From contig OZ199839.1 in the NCBI GenBank assembly GCA_964304625.1, forward strand, positions 2,823,223-2,887,222: 64,000 nt of DNA, given 5' to 3'. Position 1 is the first letter of the stretch. Each line of letters begins with the position of its first letter. The DNA is from Kudoa neothunni. Taxonomy: Eukaryota; Animalia; Cnidaria. A program made the position numbers and the translations under genes. A model generated the notes under the pieces. That model worked only from the letters and a program-made list of their open reading frames with translations, did not search any database and was not told the origin of the DNA. Shown one piece after another: positions 51,301 through 64,000 of this stretch.

Positions 51301-54300
51301 TAAAGTTGCTTATATGGCTCAAATTTAATCATATTTGTATATAATATTTTTTATAGCTGAAGTTTTTAAATATTTAAAGTAAAACCAGTAAGATTGGTAG
51401 GCGTTATTTTTGAATAATTAACATAATTATTTATACGAGTATAATGAGTAAATATGCATAAAGTTTGATCAAATGTGCAAAAAATCAATTTTTATTTTAT
51501 GTATATAATTTTGCGTAAGCCCACCTTAATATCCTTAAATAAATATATTTCTAAACGTTAATTTAGTGCAACTTTCGAAATAAACAATTCTAATTAAATT
51601 TTTAAGAACATTTATATTTCTATTTGTTTAAAAATGAATAGTAGCCTTCCCTCATAAGTTTTAGTAATTTTGGATCTTAGAAATTATTCTTAACTTATTT
51701 CAAAGTTGAAAAAAACATATAAAAATTGGTATAAAATGACTGCGTATAAGACGACAAAATTTCTGAAAATTATTTAATATTTGACCAATGAATTTTCTGA
51801 ATTGGTCTCTTTGAGATACTTATAAAGTACAAGTTATAATTTAAAATTTTTAGCTGATATCACAGTTATTATGTCCCTCCTGAGTTATCTGTTACGCTCC
51901 TAGTTCAAAAGATTAGTTAAGTTGGGGAACATTTATTCTATCAACATTTAATTAATAATGATATTAAAATTTATTAAGTATCAATAGAAAATGACATTAA
52001 TCAGTATAATAAAATTATGTAAATTGTGTATTTAAAAAAAAAGTCTTCAATATAACTTTGAGTAAATAAGATAAAATTTAATATAATATTTTGCTCAAAA
52101 AAAATTGTTATTGTTGAATGAGTTTCATGTCCAAAATTTTCATTTTCAGTTTTTTTAACCTAAATTTTCAACCAACTAAATATTTTCATCTATTTGTTGG
52201 GAAAATGGGGTTTTCTAAGTTGGGAAGCGCTGAACTCTTTGGGATAATTGATGCGCGGCATTATTATAATTTATTCTGTTCTATTATGTAGATCGGTTAT
52301 TATTGGTTTCGTTTCCAGTGAACTTGTCAACAGGAAAGTCTCCGGAAATTATATATATTCGTTGTTGTGTTGGTTTTGTGAGTTTTTCCGAGAAAAATAC
52401 GATTATTACGGCGATGAGAGTCTGTTAAAAGATTTCAAATCTACCGTAGATATGATAAGTAAAGTGGAGAACTTTGAAGTACTACAAAAACTTATTGATT
52501 GGTTTTTATTTCTCAGTGTTTATAAAAAAATTTTGTTTGTAGTATCTTTTGTATATATTGTCATGGATTGATAATTCGGGAACCCAGAAAAAAGTGATAG
52601 AGGGATTTTTCTGGCTGCACAACGAATACTCGTTTCTGCAGAAGCACGCTCGAAATGAGATTGTCGAAAAGAATCCAGTTTTTTGAGTTGCTTCCTTTCT
52701 TCAATCACATATGTCAGATTGAAGGCATAAGCGAACGCAATTTTTCCGGTAATCTATCAATGTTTTTGGTCTCACATTGATAGATGTATTATTTAAGACG
52801 GTCGATTTAACAAAAATTTTATACCATTGTTAATGTCAAAATATGAAAAGCGATACAGCAGTCAACTGCGAGTATGTTGACTTAACGTTTTATTCAGCTG
52901 TTACGACTGTAAATGAAAACTAAACTCAATTTTGTAGGCATTTGAAACTGCGTTGTTGTATTTTGCGAATTTTTGGGATATGAAATCGAAAGTGGATACA
53001 CACGGCTGGGTAGTCAGCAAAATACCTAATATTATGTGTCCTGCCACAGGCGCCGATAGTTCCGCTAGTGTAAGTTGTGGAATTAATATTACCAATCCCT
53101 CATTGATTCATATTTTTTAAGGCGGTTTATTCTATTCCTGTTATAGCCTCTTTCATAACTTGCAATTTGTGGGCGATTAATTGCCTCGAAAAGGATGAAT
53201 AGTAATTTATTTGATATTGTTATTTTAATATTTTCTCCAAAGCAAAAACACAATCCGACAATTTTTCTATATGATTATGGATATTATTTCAATGGATGAT
53301 CGCAGTCCTAGAGACAGCGTAATTTGTGATATGTTCAAAAATTTTGATGAGACACTCGAACCTAATTTGTATCCTTTACTTTTGTCTATCATCATAAAGC
53401 ACGGACAGACGCTTGCTTTCAGCGGGGTAGGATTTTTGAATGAGTTTAACACAGATTCAGCTTATTGTTGGATATAGGCGGAAAAAAGCTTTGAACATTT
53501 CCATTCCAATGTGCTTCTCATTTTAAAATCGATTTATTCGTCGATAGAGGAAGATCTCCATTTTGAAGCTAACGTTGACGTGACCATGTTGATTCAAATT
53601 ATTATTCTGTATGTTTTATATTCACTCTAAAACAGTGTTGATCAACTATTTTATCCCACTACTAGCCGTAATACCTGGCTACGATCGGGGTGTTGGGAAT
53701 ATCTAATTCAGGAAAAAATTTGTTTAATATAACATCTAAATACAGATTTACCGCTCATACCCTCCTTCCCAGGTGGCTCTAATCCTTTCGGACACCTGAA
53801 GGCTGATTTAGATGAAAATATACAACTAAAAATTATTCTATTCTTTTGAAATTTTAACCATCTCTATTCGGACCCGAATCCTATTATTCCTAATAGATTA
53901 GACTTTTAACAGTTCCATAACTTTTTTGAAATTTCGCCGTTTCTTGAAACACCCAATCGTTGGGCAATTCCGAAGTTTGTATTTTATATACACGCTCGAA
54001 CCACGATTATCCGGAAATCGCGCTGTCCGGAAGAAATATGAAAATTTATTTGGATTTTATTAACATTACATGCTGATAAATGTTTGATTATCCGGAATAT
54101 CGGTAACCGGAAGAACTATTTAATCATATTTTCGGATAAAAGTAGCCCCCTCCCTTCATCGTACGACATATACAATGTGGCATATATACCAACGCAATAT
54201 TTAAAACAAAAATATTTATGGGTTATTTATTAATAAATTTTTCTTTTTAAACTTAAGTTATACATTTAATTCTTATATAAATTTGTACTACATCTGAACC

Positions 54301-57300
54301 CATGCCTGTATGTATACCAAACAAAAATTAAGTATCGACTATTTAAAAAAGTAGGTTATTACTCTGTATCTATATTTGTAAAGATTGTCATAACTATGTA
54401 CAGTTTTTCCTTTAAATCTCCATATTCTTGGTTAATAGATAGGTAAACATTTTTAATTTAAGTGACAGAGATTAAAATATTTTACTTAATAAATAGTAAA
54501 AAATTGATTATAAATCAAAATAAGCAAAAATTTCAAATAAATTCGAAAGCACATGACATTATTTATGTTCGATTAACCGGATCTCCGCTAAACAGGAAGA
54601 AAATCGCCTGTCCCAAATTTTCTGAATAATCGACGTTTCACTCTATATGGATTATATGATAGCATATATTTTTTACCACGAGTCATAATATATTTATATC
54701 ATTTTGAATTTAATTAGTTAATTGATTAATTAAGTTTGAGTAGATAGAGTAGTTGGTCTCCAAATAAATAGTTTTCATTAAGGGAGTATTAGGAATTTTT
54801 GAATAACAAAATTTTTTAATTAGACCTGACACCGTGTTGTCCAAATTTGAAATCAGTCCTCTCTACTATGAAGATATTGTGACCATACTCTACAAGGTAA
54901 ATTTAAATGAAATTAATGTTACGCAGATATCAACCATTTGTTTTGCTTAGATGTTCGAGCATAACAGAAATTTGGATTTTGATAATCAACTCAAAACTTA
55001 CCATCAAATAATTGAAATATTGCTACAATGGTTGAGTGTTTCTCTATATACTAAATCAGCTGGTGGTAATTTGAATCCAAGCCTGCCCGCTTCTGCTCAA
55101 GCTCCGGCCAACAAAGGAAGCAATCATAGTATCGACAGCGTAATTCCAAGGCAAGCATCTATAGTGTATTTTCTTTGATGCATTAACATTTCTACCAACC
55201 AACTACTTTAGAAACCAACAAAGTATATCTTTCTTCGAAAAAGCAAGTCATCTGCTGTCAATTTTACTCAACGAGTTCAAACTTGTTCCCGCATACATGT
55301 CACGCAACACAGTCTACTTGAACAGACAAGAAATGATGAACGGCCTTTTCGAACAGTTGGTTCACTTTCTCTCATACAATAAAACACAAGAATTCTATTT
55401 GTTCAACGAGCATATCATCACATCCATGTCTAATCTCGTTTTCGCTAATTGGAACGTGGGATACGAGCACCTTATCAAATTTATCAACTCCACTCAAGAC
55501 GACTACACCAAACATTATTTTGTTTCCATCCTAAGCAGGATTTATGAAGAAAGCAAATCCACCAATAGCAATGTAAGTGATGAAGAAACTGAAAACCAAA
55601 CCAAGTTTTGTGATTTGCTCACCTACAAAAATGCTAAAGGTTCATATGTTATTGCTGAAAGTGTGCTTCTTAAAATATGCCCTCTTGAACATATTGTATG
55701 ATTTTGGTCCAGTTATTTTTTGTCGTAATTGTTATTTTCTACCAAAAGGATGAAATGCTTTACGCGATGATTGATATTTTCACATTGAGAAATCAACTGC
55801 AGTCTTTTCTCACATCGATGTTCACTATGGAGATAGCTGCTACCAACGAACCTCAAACGATGTTTCGAGGAACCGATACACCTGTGTTTCTGTTGACATT
55901 GTCGTTGAAGATATTTGCAACAAGATTTGTCAATTATCTAGTGGAACCGATAATTCGGGGCATCGTTGAGAATCCCGACGTAGGTTACGAAATCGACCCT
56001 CATAGATTGGCCCCAAATGACAATGCTGGCAACAACAAAAATAATTTGTTGGATTTAGTGGGATGTTTTATGAATATACTGGATTTTTTGTCTCAAAAGT
56101 AGGGTGTGCTAACGATTTTACATTGATAATGATGCGTTTGTATAGTATTCCCTATTATCTTCGGCTGATTGGTTGCTCGCTTTATGATGTAATTTTTCAT
56201 TATTAGATGTTATTTAAATTAAATGGAATTTTTAAACGAATCTACTATAATTGGGCACTTATTGTGTAGGCTATACACACCAAGTTCCCCGAAAAAGCCA
56301 AATCGTCCGTGGTTAGTATCATCTTTCTTCGAATGGTCAATCCAACGTTGATTTCCTTACTTAAAAATTGCACATTGGAAGACAATAGATTATCCTCCAA
56401 GCATTCAAGAACTATCACTCTTTTCACAAAAGTAATTATGAATGAAATTTGGAGCTTTAACTATGGTTTACATTTTTAAAGCTGATCCAAAATATCGCCA
56501 ACAGAGTGACAATCACCAAAGAAAAACACATGGAACCTTTAAATGTTCAAATGGCTCAATTTATACCAGTGATTGAAAGGTAGTTTCTATCTAATTCCTT
56601 CCGATCTATTTATGTATTTTCGATATACAGATTTGAAGACGGGATTATCAAGTTCGATAAAGAAAACGGTCCCACCACTACCAATACCAAAAAGAATGAA
56701 CTGCACACTTTGGCCAATATTCTATCAATGAATGATAGCAAATTATTCGACTTGGCAACTTCATTTAGGTAGAAAAGTTTACATTATTAACATGATATTC
56801 ATCCACCGATTATAGGCAATCGGATCGAACCACATCGAATAAAATTGAAGAATTCATTGAAAATATTCATTCAATATCGAAAAGCACCATCAATCCAATT
56901 AATGCCACCAGACAGACTTCCAATAGACGAATGTAAGCTTTCGTTAATAGTGAAACTTGTGCAACAAACATATCTGTACAACGTCTAACTTATTTTTTCT
57001 CTTTAGAAGCAGCACCACAAAATCAACTAAGGATAGTGATTCCTACTATGGAAGTGCCAACATATCTTCAAGTGACTTCAAAACAAGAACAGATTCAACC
57101 ACAGCTATACTGGTATCTGAATTAGTTTGAATTATCGCTATAATAAATCTAATTAACATTCATTTCATTCTTAGTGTGATAGCAAAGAACCCAATGAAAA
57201 AACATACCTTATTTTGATGACGTCAACCAAGTAGCTAATAAAAAATATATATTTTTTTGATTGATTATTTTATAGTTTCAAAGATTTAATAAGAAACGGA

Positions 57301-60300
57301 AACATTTCACCACTTGTCAAATCTCTCAATATAGACAGTAGTAGTCCGTACAATTTGGTGTTGGATTTTTTCGGCTTTCCAGACACTGCATTCATTGTAT
57401 ATTACACTGATGTTATTTGTTGGCTTGAATGTTAATTATATTATATATAGGAATCGATGGCCAATCACATCAATGATCTACTTTTCCGGTCAGACATAAG
57501 GCAAAACTTGAAAAAAATATATGTGATAAATGTGAGCAATAAACTGCATCAGTTTATTCAATCAAAACCAACATTGTTCCGTTCTTTGTTGAATTTTTTC
57601 AATTGGGCCTTTATGCCAAACTATGAAGAAATGAATGGCTTGGTTGGTAGTCACTTTCCGACCAACTCTATAAGCTCGGTGTATGACAACAAACTACCAA
57701 TTGTCACCAGCGATGTCAAATATCGTGGCAAAAAAGCCCAACTTAAAGTTTTTTATTGTGCTAATGGAGTTGTTTCTAAATTTTGGCGATTAGATATGCG
57801 AAAAAGGAATCGTCCTAACGTATCAAGACAACTTTTCTGTGTACAATCAAGATGATGTGCCCGTGTGTGATTTTTTCCCCACCAAGCAAATAAAAAAAGT
57901 ACTATTTCCATCATTAAAGCCACGTCTACTCTATTTCTATGTAGATATATCGCAAAAATATCATTACCCTCACATTTGTGCGTCGCGGAGAAATACATTA
58001 CGATCTCATTGATGGTAACATTGATCTAATTGAACGAGAAATACACCGATTCTTCAAATCGCATATCATTGTAACTTTATCTGGATTTTGATTCAAATAT
58101 TGAGTTGATTTATAACCGAATCTATATTTAGAACAAAAAAGGAAACTTTTTCATGGATGGAGAGGACCATTACTCATCAGGAAGTTGTCTAAGTGTGGTA
58201 AGATCGAACAGCCTGTTAGTTGTAATTATAATGCTTGTTGTTCGAAGGCATTTTTTGCGCTGATCAGCGACGATAGTAAATGCAGAACGTGCGGTCTCAA
58301 ACTTGTTACCACTATCTGCGAGGCAAATCAACTTGGAGAAGCGCTAAGTTACATCCACACTTCAGGTTTGTAGTAAGTTGTTTGATGATTATTTTTGATG
58401 TGACCTAGATGTGCTACTTGTGGACAGACACATTGATAGTATCATTCATTTGAGCGGCCTTATTGCTGGCTCCGCTCCTGACTTCTCAATGGGATTTTTG
58501 AGTGTTACTCTCACTCAATCCAAATCTCTAGCTTCCATCAAAAAAAGAACCATAATGGAATATTCGTACCCATGGTTTGCCAATATCGGAATGTAATTAA
58601 TTGTTATAGCTCAAGGCAGATTATAATATTTTCCAATTAATTTTCTAATTCTAAAATCCTTCCATATTTTAATATTTATATTCAGAAATGAGTTTAAATA
58701 GTAAGAAATATATTAAAATATATTTAGAAGGGTGTTTGCTTTTAATTAACTTAACTTTAATTATTATTAAAAAATAACAAAGTATAATATTAATCAATAT
58801 AAATTCGAGATTTTTATTAATTTTTTTAAACAGAAGCTGGATTTTCCGGTTGTTTTGTTATTTTTCATCAATAATAATATTCATAACCACCTCTAGTTAT
58901 CATGTCAACGATTTTATTTTTATTTGAAACAGTTTTCAAACAGTAATTTTTTGTTTTAATTTGTTCGCTTTCCAATAATTTAATCCTCGGCACAAAAACG
59001 AAGAAAATGGGCACCTTTATATGCACGCACAAAATAATTTCTTCGTGATAGACAAATATTTATGGCACATTTTTAGTTTTGGATAACTTGAAAATTATTT
59101 CATTTTTTATTTTCTACAGCTAAGTTTCAAAAACATAGAAAATAGAGACTTTATCGGGTTCGAATTTGTTGAACGTATTACACGTTCCGATAATAGGATT
59201 AAAATTCGCTTTTATCTGTTTCAGAATGATAATCACCTGAACTTAACCTAATCCCATATATTCTATATTAAAATGTTAATGTAGCAGTCTCATCTATTCA
59301 TATACATAAAATAGATGTGAACACAAATGCACTCCTTATACAGAGGCTTAATACATTTTATTAGAGAGATACATTTGGAAAGTTCTATTAATAGTTTTAA
59401 ACATAACAAAAATATAAAAAATGGTTTAAAAATATTGTCTAACGATATATATTATTGACAGACAAATCAAGACAGAAATTATCGGCAAGGTAAATGTTAA
59501 TCCTAAACGCTTCAACGCACGCGCCATCTAAATTTTTATTTCCAGCAACTCTTAATCACAAGAAGTATAGAGATTTAATTTTTTTAGAAACCGTTATATT
59601 TAATTATTAGCGCGGTAAATTTTAATCCTAAATGGCATGCAAGTTTGTACAATATAAATTTTTAATCCCAGGAACTCTTACTCATAGAATGCATATAGGT
59701 TTTATTTTTAACAATCTTCCATATTTAATCATTCCTGGCTAACTTAACTGTTTCGTTTGTTGGGACCAGAAATAATGAAATGCAATCAAAACTAGCGGCG
59801 ACCAAATATTATTTTACATGCGATTTGCCACCTCCTAGATTTATAATTAAAGACATGTACTATCAGGATTACATCGATAGTATTATTTTGTTAGATCTTC
59901 TTAGGCTTGGTTGAAATCGCGCGTAAAAATTAAGCGGTTCAGCTCTCAGATTAGGTATAGACGTTGCAGGTTTAATTTATTGAATTATTTGAGTTGCTTC
60001 GGTTTTTATGAAAAGTTTGCGCGGTTATTTTTTAGGAAAAATTGTTTTTTAAGTGATGTTGGAAAGGGATGTTGATTTGAGCAATAAAAACTAACTTTCT
60101 TATAATTTTTAGCTATTTTTTTATCCCCTAGAATATTCGTAAAATTAATCGTTAAAATTATGTTAATCTTCCTCTAAAAGTTAATTGAAATAATAAATAT
60201 ATATTTTTAAGAATTTTTTAAGTGGAAAATACTCTCATTTCTAAGTGGAACGGGAATCTCTTCGCCAACTTATATATTATTTTGACAAAAAAGTCCGAGT

Positions 60301-63300
60301 TGAATTTATTCCACGTAATCAAAAGTTATTTTATTTTACATTCTTGCATATACATTTTTTGGATTCAATATGGGAATATTTTCTTGCATGATTAAACAGA
60401 TTCTAATAACAATAATTTAAATGCCTATAACTATTATTTTTTAGAATATCTAGTGCTAAATTTAAATATTACATGATAATTTTGAAAATAATCCTATTTT
60501 GTGATTTAATTTTTGTAAATTTTAATATCAAGGTAAATAAACCAATAGTTCGGCTAATAAGTTATATATCAATAGAGATATTGATCATAAACTTAGTTTA
60601 CATGAAATTTTATGATTAGGTTTTGATTTAATTTTATTTTTGTGTAGCTTGGCATCATCAAAAGAACTAGAAAGAATAACTCTCTTTGAAATTATAGAGA
60701 AGGTGATATTGGTGACGTTGTCTGATGGAGATAATTTATCGGAAATCACCTTGAAATGCTGGTCTAATGTTGGAAATGATGAAGGTCTAGCCGAAAAGTT
60801 CCTGACGATATTCAAAAAAGTAATTTATTCCCCGCGTGAATAGTAATATACTGTTTTTATAGTTGGAGATCCATAAATCTAACTCTGGCAACAGTATTCA
60901 GGGTTTGTGTAGGTGTTTTGCAAAAATTAGCCAATCACAACTTATCGTGCATAAAATTGTGTTTGATGAATTAAAAGAAGTAATTAACCTAACTTTTCCT
61001 AGAATTGATTAAATATGTTAGGCCTTTTTCGGTTTATCCATATCAAAATTGGATCAATTCAACAAAAGATGCGATATAAATCGATATAATACATCACTCA
61101 CATTTATTGATATTCTCTGTCAGAATCGTTGTCTTATAGGTAATTCTATTTGATTTACTTTTGAAATAGCTGCTGACCGGTTGTTTGATTAGATGATAAA
61201 ATTCTTCCAGAATTTATTGTTTTCTTTTGGCATCTTCCTTCTGCGTTACCAAAAACTATTTCCCTGGAATGTGCTCCACTCTAATGAATACCCTGTCCTC
61301 TGTAACGGCTACTATAGTAGATAACCAAAATATCGGTGAGGTTTCATCACATTTACATTCCGCGTACAATTCTGTATCTAGAAGTATTATCAAATCTCCA
61401 ATACCACCAAGGACAGGTTGCAGAATCACTGAAATCTTTATACAGTATTATTTTTATATTTAGAATTATTGAACAGTTTACACATTTATTAATAAACATA
61501 AAATTCAAATAGTTCCATGAGAATAGACTCAGATTATTCTCTAAAATATTTTGATCGAATAACTAATATTTAAATTATATATAGCGATTAAAACTTTTGT
61601 GCTAGTTAATCACGTGACTACTGAGTTTTTCGTACTTTCTATTAGAAAATTGATTAACTAGGTTTATTGCAAAATCAAATTAATTTAATTAGCAGAATAA
61701 TTCCAGAAAAATATAATTTATTAAAATATCTACGCAGTTTTCTTAAAAAGATTTCAAATCTTCTATTATAGAACCACTTTAACAGTTCCTCAATATCCAC
61801 CCCCATTAATAACATTTTAAAAAATAAAATTAAAACTTTTTCAACTTACAACTTCAACATGGAAAATCGATCTATAATGATAATACTAAGCTAGCGTCGC
61901 CGAAGAAAGATAGACTTGAAATTATTTTACATCAACATAAGCAGTTTAATTATATTAAACAGTAATATATATGAAAAATTACGAATTAGACAGAAAACGA
62001 TCAATTTTACACCCTTTATCGCGCCTTTGCCGTAGTTATGTAAAATTTAATATCTAAGGTTTAATTTAACATATTTTAAATTAAATACAAATTATAATGA
62101 TAGCTTTGGAATTTTAAAAATATAAAAAAATTAATTGACTGTAAAATTTTTAAAGTGTAAAGGAGTTCCAACGACTACGGCTCATTATTCATTTTTGTGG
62201 CAGTATTTTATATTGACAGCACTTATTCCATAGGTCGGAATTTGCGCTTAATTCAAACACTTTTGATAATTTCAATAAAATCGATTTTATATGTTTAAAT
62301 AACATAATTATTTCCAAACGCAGTTGAAAATTTAATTCTAAATTTTAGATGCCTTGAGTAGCAAGGAAGACTTTTTCGAGCTCAGAATGACCAGCATTGA
62401 TGTGCTTAACGATCATGTTGTTAGCATCTATAAAGCTATCATCAATGTGAAACAATATTTCAGTGAAGTATATATAAGAATAACTGAATTAATTTTTCAT
62501 TTATTATTGACATTTATCGTCAAATAGGTTTCAAAAATTAGCTCGAGATATCAAAAGATTAATCTAGAACTCACTCAAACGGCCAAAAAGTAATACAAAT
62601 TGTAGTGTACATTGGTTCATCGAATTCAAATTTCATTTAGTTATGCATTCGATAAGAATAGCAAGATTCAAACATGTTGTTTATATATCTGGAGTATTGT
62701 ATGCGAGAAATTTGATCATGATTGCTCTATTGAGATGTTTAATTTGTTATCAGCAGTAATGGCTTTCCTTTTTCTACACATTTTTCATTTTTTATATAGA
62801 ATGTATTGTCTAAGAAAATTCAAGGTATAATAAGTGCACTTGCGTGCTTTGCGATTATGCAGGAAAAAATCGATAAGGTATGACTTTTAAATTAATATTT
62901 AAATAGTACACATTTATTATAATTATATCGTTCTTGTAAAAATAACTAATAAATTTAGACTTCTCCCATTCATTTTAAGATATTTTGGCTCTCTGTTTGT
63001 TTCCTTCAGGTGAGCATATTCTCTCCTTTCTACCACTCCCATATAAGAATTCTAATTTATATAATTGTTTTCTAGATCTCGGAACCCCAAATATATTCCA
63101 ATGCTCTGTATTTATGCGAAAAAGCATTGATGCACATCCATAAACATTATAAAGATAAAGGCGATGTAAATTTTTGTGATTTATGTTTCTTAAAATACGA
63201 AACAATTTTTAGCTGGCTTCAGTTTGTTTGTCTGCCCTCAACACCCTGGACATAAATACCGATTACCTCAATCTGTGTAAAACTGTTGGAATAAATTTCA

Positions 63301-64000
63301 ATGATTATTTCCATTTTTCGTTGTGTGCTGTCATATTCAAAGGTACAAACAAACAATGAAATATTATTATTATAGCTCATTATAACATTCAATAAATGTC
63401 TAATAATGGAATTTATATGTTAGGAAAGTTTTCAGACGCTAAAACCAGTGCTATCACAACAAGATTGTTTGAACAATTATTATTTGCTGGTGGAAACAAG
63501 TTCGTTTTATCTTTGTGAGAAACTGAAAGTTTAATCGTTTTAATAGAGATGAAATAAAACTGACAGATTCAAATCTGCCGTATGTTATCGGTAATCAACT
63601 AGTGAAAGTAGAGCAGTGCGAGTAATATTAAAAATGATGTTTTTAGCTCTGTTGGGTCAATCTACAACTGCCAACCGACTAATGCTACCTACAGATGTGG
63701 TAAATATGGAAATATTAAGTAAATCTATTAGTGAATTCGTATAACTTTAAATAATTTGACTATTTTTATAACAGAAAAGAAAACATTATTTAACCAAACC
63801 CACCTAAAAGTACTGCAGGAAATAGACATTATCAAAATCATCCCTACCGGCGATCTCCACCAGGCTATTCTAATACTAGGCCTACTAGCTACCAAACTCA
63901 CCGAAGCTATTAAAAATAAAATATATATTTCCGAAACATTATTCTTGGTTCTTTTGTACGGAAAACAATTTCCATCAGCTCTTTTCTATTGGTAATCGAC
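45352..64000 (+). CDS. NF1: Neurofibromin (RasGAP + Sec14-PH), multi-exon, 3' end beyond the window
   Basis: N-terminal DWIAA, LSKYHFNVIF, KWVENNSEEY and IWSLQSILIFLIP. GAP domain EPQTMFRGT (Arg finger, ~55860-55871), YEIDPHRL, FLRMVNP and K|LIQNIAN..KEKHMEPLN. Sec14-like NLKKIYVINV and later YSYPWFANI. The last visible exon ends at a GT donor at ~63992. Confidence 0.93.
49904..51152. mobile_element. Non-autonomous piggyBac element in an NF1 intron
   Basis: TTAA|ccctctaacgat ... atcgttaaaggg|TTAA (12-bp TIR, 1 mismatch), with ggggtcg subterminal motifs. Confidence 0.85.
53990..54643. mobile_element. pogo/Tigger-like MITE in an NF1 intron
   Basis: Degenerate TIRs (cgaaccacgattatccggaaa / tttctgaataatcgacgtttcac) flanked by TA, with repeated ttatccgga subterminal motifs. 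Confidence 0.65.

Noticed and set aside
1-64000. CRISPR arrays, operons or prokaryotic defence systems
   Set aside because: No regularly spaced repeat-spacer array and no unspliced operon-like gene clusters were seen; the window is eukaryotic.

Overview
Very AT-rich eukaryotic (animal) genomic DNA, not prokaryotic. Genes are split by many tiny GT-AG introns (mostly ~45-65 nt), so the ORF track shows only fragments. The tiny introns, low GC and highly divergent proteins suggest a reduced parasitic metazoan such as a myxozoan or orthonectid (inference only). Host genes reconstructed by hand: STRIP1/2 (FAM40/Far11, +), a decayed PARP6/8/16-like pseudogene (-), two tandem miniature ADAM/reprolysin (M12B) genes (-), a small type-I membrane protein (possibly TRAP-beta, +), PPIL3 (-), YEATS4/GAS41 with a long acidic tail (-), and most of neurofibromin NF1 (+, runs off the window end). 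The rest is densely packed with mobile DNA: pogo/Tigger, piggyBac, Merlin (ISXO2-like), several hAT elements (some nested), a Helitron-like element, a long-TIR element, and two tRNA-headed SINE families that share one 3' tail. The most unusual system is the ADAM pair. Both copies lack the prodomain and most of the disintegrin/Cys-rich region, keep a TM anchor and share an 11-nt microexon. One copy has an intact HExxHxxGxxH zinc motif and the other is an intact-looking pseudoenzyme. All exon models and comparisons to human proteins were done by eye from remembered family motifs; no searches were run.
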